Part shown: piece after piece, positions 14,727-26,900 of the stretch
Numbering within the stretch: the first letter of the stretch is position 1
Layout of the letters: the number at the start of each line of letters is the position of its first letter
Origin: Stylophora pistillata
Lineage: Eukaryota
Assembly (NCBI RefSeq): GCF_002571385.2
Contig: NW_019217954.1
Span: 129,698 to 193,697 of the forward strand
Reading direction: 5' to 3'
Length of the DNA: 64,000 nucleotides
The notes under the pieces: model-generated
Seen by the model: the letters and a program-made list of their open reading frames with translations, nothing else
Database searches by the model: none
What the model was told of the DNA's origin: nothing
Translations under genes and position numbers: made by a program

Positions 14727-16128
14727 TAATAATAATAATAATAATAACTGCTGCCAAGGAAAGGGATGTTGAGGAACTGAAAGCAGAGGGATGGCAAGGA
14801 CGTTTGTTCACTGAGAGATGGGAGGATTAAGAAGTTGGAGATGAATGCTTTTCTTGGATGAGCGAGTGGAAGACTGCGCCGACTCACACCATAGCAGGAC
14901 TGCGGGAACTATACCAGAAACTCCTACCAACGAAAGTCTACCACCAGGAAAAGACAGGGACTCACAAGAGTGAGGATGTGAAGTGCCGCATGTGTGGTAA
15001 GGCCGCTGAAACGCAAGCGCACGTGCTAGCAGGTTGTGGAGTGCTAGCCCAGTCTAAATACATGATTCGGCATAATGCAGCACTTAAGATAATTTTCTAC
15101 GAACTCTTGAAAGACCTAGACTTAGTGACAACAGTACCACTGTGGTACTCTCAGAACATGCCAAAGCCACTTTACGAGAACAAGAGAGGAAAGGCACTCT
15201 GGGACATACCACGATATGCAGAACACGCGGAGGTGAGAAACAACAGGATAGACTGTACGGTTATAGACAAGGAGAGGAAGAAAGTAGTGTTACTTGAAAT
15301 GAGCTGTCCATGGGTCTGTAACTGAGAGATCAAATGTGCAGAGAAGACGAACAAGTACGCCCCGCTGCGGTACGAATTAACAAGGAGATACCCAGAGTAC
15401 AAGATTGAGCAGCATAACATTATTATAGACGGTGTTATATTACGGTGTATATTACGTATATTACGGTGGCCAATTTACCATTTCAACTTTTGTTGATATA
15501 TCCAAATTATTTCGTTACTCCCACCGACGCAGCCCCAAACAGTTTCTTTCGAAACTATCAGCCTTTATTCATTATTATAGACGCACTTGGAGGGAGCTTG
15601 CGAAGGGTCAAGGAAAGCACACGCCAATTGGTTGGAAGTGGCCGATGTCACTTAGTGCTAAGGAACATGCAGAAAGCTGTAGTCTCTATCTCCCTTAATA
15701 TCGCCAGGACTTTCAAGGTCCTATAGACTAAATTCTTAAGTTCCTAAGACCTTTATTATCGGAGTTCTTCCATAGAGTGAGCTTTGAAACCGACAGCCTT
15801 GAGCTCTCCTTTACTTCAATTTTAGGTTTAGGTTTTAAACATTTATCTCCATTTTAGGGTCTATGGGTATACCACTTTAGGTTTTAGGTCTTAGGTTTAT
15901 TTGTGTCTGGACTTTTAAGGTCCTATCGGACTAAGTTCTTTAAACGACGTTAGGTTCAAATAGTTTTAATAGGTTGATGGAACATTTATTTCCTTTCAGG
16001 GCTTAGGGGCACAATTTTTTAAAGTTTAGCTTTATCTATGTAGTAGTGACAATCGAATAGGTTACGCCTTTGGCGCCCTATATCAATTTTAGTTGTAATC
16101 TGAAGCATTCAGAAGTGTATACTGCGAG

Positions 16129-16167
<39 letters not shown>

Positions 16168-18248
16168 GTAGTAATAACAATAATAATAATAAGGGGACAA
16201 TAAGGGGGATGATCTACAACATGCACGGTTTTCATTACCGAGTCCACTTTGATCTTCTCCATTGTCTCTACAGTTTCTTCAGCTGCCTGAGCCAACAACG
16301 GCTGCATGGTCTCTAATTCTTCCTGTAGCTTCTCCACTTCATCAGCTGTACNGGGTCAACATATACCACAATCTCTACTCGTTACCTGGTGGGAGTAACA
16401 TAGTTGTGGCGGGTCAACATATACCACAATCTCTACTCGTTACCTGGTGGGAGTAACATAGTTGTGGCGGGTCAACATATACCACAATCTCTACTCGTTA
16501 CCTGGTGGGAGTAACATAGTTGTGGCGGGTCAACATATACCACAATCTCTACTCGTTACCTGGTGGGAGTAACATAGTTGTGGCGGGTCAACATATACCA
16601 CAATCTCTACTCGTTACCTGGTGGGAGTAACATAGTTGTGGCGGGTCAACATATACCACAATCTCTACTCGTTACCTGGTGGGAGTAACATAGTTGTGGC
16701 GGGTCAACATATACCACAATCTCTACTCGTTACCTGGTGGGAGTAACATAGTTGTGGCGGGTCAACATATACCACAATCTCTACTCGTTACCTGGTGGGA
16801 GTAACATAGTTGTGGCGGGTCAACATATACCACAATCTCTACTCGTTACCTGGTGGGAGTAACATAGTTGTGGCGGGTCAACATATACCACAATCTCTAC
16901 TCGTTACCTGGTGGGAGTAACATAGTTGTGGCGGGTCAACATATACCACAATCTCTACTCGTTACCTGGTGGGAGTAACATAGTTGTGGCGGGTCAACAT
17001 ATACCACAATCTCTACTCGTTACCTGGTGGGAGTAACATAGTTGTGGCGGGTCAACATATACCACAATCTCTACTCGTTACCTGGTGGGAGTAACATAGT
17101 TGTGGCGGGTCAACATATACCACAATCTCTACTCGTTACCTGGTGGGAGTAACATAGTTGTGGCGGGTCAACATATACCACAATCTCTACTCGTTACCTG
17201 GTGGGAGTAACATAGTTGTGGCGGGTCAACATATACCACAATCTCTACTCGTTACCTGGTGGGAGTAACATAGTTGTGGCGGGTCAACATATACCACAAT
17301 CTCTACTCGTTACCTGGTGGGAGTAACATAGTTGTGGCGGGTCAACATATACCACAATCTCTACTCGTTACCTGGTGGGAGTAACATAGTTGTGGCGGGT
17401 CAACATATACCACAATCTCTACTCGTTACCTGGTGGGAGTAACATAGTTGTGGCGGGTCAACATATACCACAATCTCTACTCGTTACCTGGTGGGAGTAA
17501 CATAGTTGTGGCGGGACAACTCAGCCAGGTATTGCTTTGACTTTTGAGCCACTGTCTGATGAATAACTCCACATATTGACACCTGTCAGTCAACAAATAG
17601 TTGAAAAGAAGACTGTTAGAGATCCATAGTGATTCTGTAAACTGAAGTTACATGTTGCTGGAGCTTGATTCTCTTAAGTTAGAAGACACATATCAGTTGT
17701 ATCTCTGAAATGACGGTGCTTATCGCCAAACAGACACCAAAAGCTATGTAAATGCAAAACCTGTTAAAAGGACACATCGTCGTGTTGTATGATTGACCGA
17801 TCTCACGAGTATCAAAAAATTGTACAAATTCTGCGTCTGTTCTTTTTTCAGACACTAAGTCACTCTATTTCGATGGCCGAGTCAGCTAATATTAAAATGA
17901 GACTTTTAAGTCATGTAATTAAAATCAGGGCATACCAAGCCTTCCATTGCCGAAGATTCATCCAGTTCGGGAATTTCTCCGAGGAAGGTCGACGCCACGG
18001 ATCGTAAGGCCTCCTTCGGCCAAGCGGAGAACCAATCAATGGTACAGCAGTTGACCAAAGACGGAAATTGGCGAAGACGTGCTCGGAATATTTCACCAAT
18101 TGGGCTACAAGAGATACATATATCTTATTAGACGTTCTGTTGTGTAGTATCGCTGAGTATTTTTACGAGTTGCACCGTATTTTGACGAGCCCGTAGGGCG
18201 AGTTAAAATACAAACAACGAGTAAAAATACTCGCGATACTACACAACT

Positions 18249-18281
<33 letters not shown>

Positions 18282-20946
18282 CCAAATTGTTATTTCAGTG
18301 CGGGTGAATTTCGCGGAAATTTCCGGAGTACAAATATTGCGTGATACTTGTACTCGTCTTACGCGTTATTTGTACTCTACGAAGAACATTTGAACAATAA
18401 AGGTTGATATGAAAACATTTATTTCTTGACGAGGGTATGACGCCTTAAAAATGGCTCGTAATGGTATAAAGGTTGGGCCTCTCAGCAGACATGGATAACA
18501 ACAGAGAAAAGGTATTCTTTAAATCATACCGATCCGGTACAGAAATATGTTGGATATGCTAGCTTCAACTTCGCCTTCTGGGAGTCCGTTTTCGAGAGGT
18601 AAAGACCAAAAAAAAAGTTGAATAAGTGATGGTCAGTGCCAATTCTATGTGAGCAAAACGTACCGGAATTATCGTTCCGCGGTTTGACGAGGGTTGTGGA
18701 AAATATATTACATCAATATTGGTATTGAGGGGTGTCTTTTAAGAAGATAAAAACCGTGATGTATGGGTAGAAAAGTCAGGAAAAACCTCAAGTTTGAAAA
18801 ATATTCAAACCACCAAGAACTTTACTTCACCCATGAATCCCCCAGAGAGAAACTCTAACTAGAGATGAACCAATAATAATGGAAGTTACAAACAACAACA
18901 GCCTACAGACCTCATACAGACAACAGTGTGTGTATTGGCTCGCACTCGTTTGGTGAAAGCTGAGTATAGATTGGCTTTAGTGGGCTGAAGACCCTGATCA
19001 AGAACGACCGGCTTCATAGCTGTGAAGATCGTGTCCAGCTCATCTTGTGCGAAGATATTAGGTACATCACCAGCATTTAGCACGTTGTTAAGATCTTCTA
19101 AAAAACTTTCGCTCTTAATCTGTGTATATTGAAAATGAAGTTGATGACTATGACCTGATTTTTCTGATTGTTCAAACAAAGTTTAGCCGTTGTTTGATAG
19201 AACCGCGTCCTAAACAATCCCCAATTTCACTAAACCTTTCATCTGAACATTTCTTTTCGTAAATAGCGTCAAGAGGGTCGAAAGCTAATAGCGGTAGAAC
19301 AATCATTTAAATCAACTCTCTTATAAAGAAACCCCGAGGCCCACTGATTGCGTAAAACTGTGGTTTAGGTTAAACCCCGTAAAAATAACCGTCCCTGTGT
19401 TTTTACTCCATGTTTCCGCAGCTGACTATTCTGGTTTTTTTCTGTTGTGACCTAGTTTGAAGGAAAGGTACAATAGAGTGCTTTTCATTTGAGTGTCGTA
19501 AATCCAAACCAAAGCAATCATAACGACCAATCAGAGGAAAGGGAAAAATCTTTAAGAGTCAGTAAAAACTCAAGTAAAACTGAACAAACTGACAAAGCGC
19601 GGGAAACGCGAGAGTGCAAGCCGTGATTGGTTTTAGCTTGTGCATCTGATTGGATGAGAAAGTGGCACAAGTCACAAGTTGTCTGGACCAATCGCAGGGC
19701 AAAGTAAAGCATACTGGGATTTTGACACTCAATTCAAAATTGTTCTATCGCGTAAATTTCGATTGGAACATTCACTATCACACCGCACGCAAAACGCATA
19801 ATTTTTTTGCAACCCTCAAGACTAAGGTTAGAGTGTTTGTTACCCGTCTCAACTAATTTCCCATACCTGTGTGTCACTGAAAAGAAACACCATCGATTTG
19901 TTCTCTACACCTGATTTCAGCAGCACCTTTTTTAGGTCTTCCCGCCATTCAGGAACACCATAATTTTTCGCTAACTCAATCTGGAAACACTCGTATTCAG
20001 CCCTGAATAAAAAACAGCCAGCACGTGAGACCGTTAAGTTAAAATATATAGTTAGTGAGAGAGACAATCTAATCATTGTCATAAAAATCAAAAGGGGGGG
20101 TAACTGTTTGTGACAATTTTGAGTTGTCACATTACTGTACATAATTAACGTTATCAACCTACAAAGCATTATAATTCAGTAGCGTTACAACCTACAAATG
20201 GGAGAAGAAATAAAAATAACGCTCACTATCACGCATGTGTAAGAGCTAAGATCTAATATTTGGCCTGCATAAAAGGCTCTGTCGCATCGCATTCCTAGCC
20301 AACTTGATAAATTTTAAGACCTGTGGCCGATCTCGCTGATACCAATTAATTCACACTACCAAAAACCACTCTTCTTTGTCTTTTGGATTAAACTCAAGTT
20401 CATAATAACTCACATGTGGGCCGCGAGCCTTGTCAGACTCTGACGTCCGCTACCTCCCACACCCAGAAGTAGAGCGTTACCCAGCGGCTGGCGAATCACA
20501 CGGCTGATTCGTGACACGTGACGAACAGCGTCAGTAAAGAGCACCAACTTCATCTGCGCCGTGTTTATCTGATTGTAGTCATCAAGGTACTCTTCCATTA
20601 TTTTCACCATCTGTCAAAGTAAGCATGGAGAATGAGAGGAAACATGACAATGAGAAAAAAAAAAAGATTAGCAAGAGGCAAAATAGAAGATAATATGGGA
20701 AGTGGTAGATTTTGAGTTCGGTGGCGAATTTCTGAGGTTCGATTCCTCGTGGGTGCTCAGAATGTCGTCTTTGTCCCAAGCTCTAAAATAGTACAACTTT
20801 AAACTACAATTAACTACAGCCAAATGATCGAAGCATAAAACTTGACAAATCCAACTAACCTTCCCGTGGATTGGATTCCGTTTGTCTCTGCGAGCGGACT
20901 CGATAAATGACTGATTGACTGACTGTCTGACTGATGTTAACTGACA

Positions 20947-20993
<47 letters not shown>

Positions 20994-23900
20994 TGACTGA
21001 CTGAGCCTAATTGCTTTTAAAAAAAAACCGACTTATTAACTTCCTAACGCAATGAATACCCGGCCGACTAATGGAATACTTTCCTAACAGGATGATGCAC
21101 ATCCGGAATGATCTAAGTAATAGCTGAAGACCTGAGAGAATCAGAAACCTTCTGTCCGTCTCAAAAGCCAACCAACTAACTTACCCAGTATCTACCAAAT
21201 GAGAGTGAGAGATAACTCTAATCCGTAAACCACAGGATATTGACCCACTGATAGCTAATCGATATCTACTTGTTGTCATCATACGATTACAGCCCTTTTA
21301 AGTACTTGATAAAACACTTTCCACCCGTAACTTGCCTTTTCAAAACTGGCAACTTCAGCATAAATTTTATTCTCAGCACTGGGCACCATAAAATCGCCAT
21401 AAATCATGGTGGAATCTTTGACAACATCATTCAAGGACGACTCAAACCCAGACGCCATCTTGTCTCGAATCAGATCCACGAACCACTTCCTGTCCTCATC
21501 ATTTACCAGTCGATCTTGGAACACTCGGCAGTTCTCATGGTACCACAGCCGCAGCACAGCTTCTTTGTTCTCAAGTTTCTCCGATTGAGCCATGAGGATT
21601 CCTTGGAAAACTTTTGACAAGTCACGCAGGTTAAAGGTGTAGTGGCTCTTGGCTGGAGTGGGCAGTAGCTGGAAAGTGAACGAGCAAAAGTGGGTATGAC
21701 TTGCTCTTAGCATGAGTGTTTGAAAACAAAACCAAAGAAATAAGAAAAAAGGAAAGTACTCCAATGAGCTGACGAAAACTCATGCAAACAACCACCAGTG
21801 CTCAAAAACGCGAGTAAACATGTCACAAGTGGTTTTAGTTTTCAGCTGTTTGCAACTTTTGCAACTTACAGGGATAAAAGCGCAGTGCGAGTTTTCAGGG
21901 CCAATCAGAGAGCGAATCAAAACAGTAACGCAATACCGTTATATGCTCTAATAAATTGATTAGTAAGTTTGGTTTGAAGCCACATCAATAATTAAGAAGT
22001 CATAGTACCTGTGTGATAACAGTGTTATAAACGGCGATGGTGTTCCGTACCAAACCTTCACAGAGTGTCTCTTTGTCCTCACCTGCGTATGAAGCTAAAA
22101 GCACCACAGGCCAAGTGAATGTCGAGTAGAAATGTCTTGTATCAAATACAAATAACGAACTTCTCGGTACGTAAGCGTACAAAAAGGACTCAGACCTTGC
22201 AGAACAGTTTGTGGTTAACGAGCTCAGTGCTTTCAAAACAATATTCTACGCCACAGAACAGTGCATATCTAAGTCTGTTCTATAATCTAGAATACATTGT
22301 TGCGCAATTTTTTCCTGACCGAAACCTTCTATCACCATTCTCCACCCGTGCTAAGTGTTCTCCTTGCATTGCATACTTCTGATCTTCAAGTTGATAAGAA
22401 TACCATTGTTTCTGCATGAATTTTTAAAATTAAATTTACAGTTTTTTTACAGTCACTCATAAGCTCTCACAAACGTCCTAGCATTCCTGGCTGTTATAAC
22501 AATACTTGCTCTTTCCTCTACACTATTCTAACCTGCCAGATCTTTGTTTCTTTCTGTAAAACAAATAAAACTTTATTAACGCGGCTACTTCAATAGACAG
22601 TCCCTCATTTCTGATCCGAGAACCTGTAAGTGCTTTGTTCGCTTTCTTAGTAGCGACCGTGTGATGTATCTTGATAACGAAGGTAGATCCAAAAGAGTTT
22701 TTAACTACTCTAAATTGGCCGCAAAAATCATAAACACTTATAACTTTGTCTTCTTCCACCTAACCAATCAGTAACCTATCTTCTCTACGAAAAGATAACT
22801 ATTCTCTCCGTTTAACTCTAGGCATAATGTTGTTGTTCGGGGTAAATATGCAGCATGGGGGTTAGACATTTACGGTTGAAGTAAGTTAAAGGTAAAAGGT
22901 AAAGGTAAAGGTCTCTATTTCTCTAAACAACATACGCGTTTAGTTACAATTTTTTTTTTAAGGTTGAAATCAGACAGGCGCCTCTGGCAGCCGTGTTTAG
23001 TCCGTAGCGATTTCACCTAACCAACTCAACCCACCCCAGGGAGGACATCCATCACACAGTAATCTTGTGCGTGGGAAATTAACGTCTCCTACCCCAACCC
23101 TGCAGGAGACGGGACCTCCATTTATTCGTCNCTATCCGAGAAGACTAGAATATCTAACCATTTCTTGATGTTAAAGAAAGGAAGCATATTCTTCTCAATT
23201 AATTTTAAGACCCTGAGTGTTGGTCCGGCCGGTATTGAACTCTCAACCTCCCGCACAGCAGTCCGGCGCTCTCCCAATTGAGCTAACCAGGCGGCAGTTA
23301 GCTCAAGTTACACTCCCAACATACAGGATGTCGACAATTTTCGAAAGAAGTAAGAATTAAATATTAGCAGCTAGTTAACAGCTAAATTGAGGTCTACCTC
23401 GCTGAAAGTCGGGTAAGCTAGTAAGCCTTCAACTACTGTAATATTACAATTAGGTAAGAGCTCGCAGGCCCTCAATTGAGTGCAGGCAACATGACAGACA
23501 ACCAGACTGATAACCTTCCTATTAGAGAAGAGGCTTCACTTCAAACTCCTTACCTATCCAGGACTTCAGAATTGTAGCGAAAATTCTCTGTTTACTCTCA
23601 TCTTCCAGCTCAGTGAACGACAAATGATTGAAGTGTCTGAGGAATCGGGGTGTGACGGGATTCCTACCACCTCCTGGGGGTCCCATTGCCGCTATAAAGT
23701 TTATATCGACCAGTTCACGGAAAGTTCCTAAATCAAGTAAAGACACACCATCAATTCACGTCCATCCTAGGTTGCTTCCCAGAGATTTTACTTTGGATAC
23801 TTATGCGTATAACTGAAAAAGTTACGAAAATAGCAGTGGCGGATCTAAGGAGGGCCCCTCCTACTTCAGGTAAGAAAAATAAACGCAGAAGGAAGAAAAG

Positions 23901-26900
23901 CCGGCAGGCGCACGAACACAAATAAAACCGCCCCCCTCCCCCGCACCCTTACTCAAGGTGCGAGCTTCTGCAACATTCACGGATGCTTTTAGACATAAAG
24001 TCACTTGGATTTCTTTGAACGATTTGTTTGTCCAGAACAAAATAAGTAAGCTTCATTTTAGGTGACACTAAACTAGTGAAATGATATTTTAAAAGATAAG
24101 AAACCATTAAAAGGCAATAGGGACTATAGCAACGTACCGATGGCTTTCCTGTCGTACCAGCCCTTATGATCGCAGTATTGACGCAGGATTTCCACCGGAG
24201 GCTGGGCTCCATACACTTCCAGGGCAGGCATGTTAAGATCGTCGACAAAAAACACGAAGTGTTTCCCCAATGGAGGGCCAAATACACCTTTACGTCTGAA
24301 AAAAAGTGCATGAAATTTGAATACAAAAGGTAAATGTAGTGTTAGACTACCTTTTACAAAGTTTGAAGAGAATGGGACAGGTAAACACAGAAACACAAGT
24401 GGATTTCAGCCTGCAAATTCAGACTTTCTACTGTCCCTTCACCCTACAGTGAACAATCTGTCAACGATCAACCTGAACTGGCAGGTTAGTAACATAGTCT
24501 CTTGACAAAAATACGACACTGATAGAAACCACTTAACACAACAATACAAGTTTGACGAACTAGAGTTGAAAATCATCAAAAGGAAACGGACATTTAAGCA
24601 AGGGATGATAGCACGTGAAAAAAAAAAAAAACGGTAAAGGATGTCAGATTCAACGAAGCAATTCTAACGTTTTAACCTCTTTTTATCAGTACCAAAAACT
24701 CGGGTATTTCTAATGACATAGCAACTGAACGAACAATCTTACCTCTTGTCTAGTTTGCTGTCTATAATGTCTTGTGTTTGATTAGCTGATGTTCGAGCAG
24801 AAAAATTCAAGAAATGCGACAGGAACTCTTTAGGCATATCATTCAAAAGTTTGTTCGCTATACAAAGAGTTTTGCCGGAGCCAGTTGGTCCAACACTCAT
24901 CACCTGCGGATGCAAAGAAGTTATCAAACTCGTGGTAATTTCTCTTAAACCTTTTACTCTCTAAAGTGATGTAACTTCTCACCATAACTTCTCACTATAA
25001 TGTAATCACATGTAACTTCTCATTATAATATCCATACATTCATAATCGAACAGGTTTTGAGAATACTCAAACTTATCAAGTACAAGTTGTTATCTTAATC
25101 AAACACCAAATTCGCGTAACTTATTTACCAGAAGATGTGTTACTGCCAGAGGGGAGAATTTACTATCAAATCTAGGGTGTTAAAAGGTTAAGAGACTAAC
25201 GTCTATAGCCAGTAACAAATGAGAGATAATTTCATCTTAACATCACTTGTTGTCAGCCAAAAGAATTGAACCATACTGTTTCTGTTGTAGCATTGATGTT
25301 TTTGTCGTAGCTGTTTTCTCTCTTTTAAGATGTTCGATTGAGTCTCAAATACCATTGAATTAGTATCTGTATTTAAAGAGATCAAGACAACAAAGCAGCC
25401 TTCAGTTGAATTGGACCCAAGACGATTCGGATTGGATGAGCAGTGTTTTGTGTTGTTTCCACATTTCGAGACACACACTAATGAAGACAATACCCTCCTC
25501 GTTATAAGATGGGCTTCTCTCATCAACTGTTTGCTCGTTTAATAGACAATGTGTACTATTCCTCTCTTTATTCTCCCGTTATAGTCGCATGAATAAATAA
25601 CATTACCTTCTTGTTGTTTGTTAACAGCGTTTCTAGCAGAAATGAACCTCTGACTAAGTCCATGGTGGGTATGATGATATCGGAGAAGTTCATCTCCGGT
25701 GGAATGTCAGGCATAGATACGTTAGCCATCCAGTTAACCCACTTCACCTATAACACAAAGACATAACGATTTAAAACAAAAAAAAAATTGCTGTTAAAGA
25801 AGAGAAGAAAAGTGAGGCGTATGTGTTCAGGAAACTCGCGAAGATTGAATCACAAAACGAAAATCAAAATTTTTTTAAGTGAAAATATCTGCTCTTTATG
25901 AAAAATCGAAAAAAAGAAAAAACATAATACAGTACTTCCTTACGATTTTCGCTACCCGAAGTTATTCAGTTCTCGGAGAAAAACATTTTTTTAAACGTGA
26001 ACAGCCCCAGAGGGCAGGTACCCGACTGAGAGGATTTCTCACGTTGTACATCATGAGAATGGTTTTTAGCACTTTCATCCTCTCCACCCCTCCACTACTG
26101 AAAACCTGCCTAAAACACCCCTCACCTCCCCTGTATGTTCATCCTCGTCGTCATCATCCTTTCCGCGCTTTCGACTGACTCCACCATCCTCCAGTGCGTA
26201 ATCGTATACCAGACCGTCACTTGGAAACATCATAGAAATCTGGAATTGTAAGAGGTAGACTTTGCTAAAGTTACTTTATTCCACCCATGACGGATGACGC
26301 TCCCTCTGACTTTTTGTACACTGATGTGATTCACTGAGTTTCAAGAGTGCGATGTAAGGTTTGTGAAAAGAGAATCGAGCGATGGCCTACTGGATCTTTT
26401 CTCGGAAAAAAATATTTAAATAGAACGCAAGTTATATATTGCCGGCAGAGACCAAACGATTTCGAAAGATGACGGATTTGAGAGCAAATGAAAGGCAAAA
26501 ACTGGTCTGAAATTTTGTTAAAAGACCATAGTTCTTAATTCAACCCATAAATCCAGAGTGTAAAAGAAGACGACATGTTAAATAAACGATCATTTATTCT
26601 GTGAAATACATGAATTTTATTTGAAATCACCTTCTCGTCATCCATTTTCTTCCTTAGATATTCACTGAATTTCTTTCTTCCGTCCCCGTCACATGTTCCT
26701 CCAACGGACCAGATGAGGGAGAAGATAAACCAGGGTTCAATCAGGGATTCAGCCAAAGCGATGTGTTCTGAACGAATCGTCTCCCCCTGATAAGACAAAA
26801 TTAAATGTTTTTATTAATTCTATTGGAAATACGTATTTCCTAATATATATAGCAAAAGCTGACACTGACTTGGCAGAAAATTAAAATCAACGTCTGAGAT

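Noticed and set aside
16353-17512. CRISPR-like regular array
   Set aside because: The units are identical with no unique spacers, derive from the host exon, and lie in a eukaryotic gene with no cas genes
20690-20785. B-box-containing repeat fragment (GGTTCGATTCC)
   Set aside because: Degenerate fragment without an A box or definable ends
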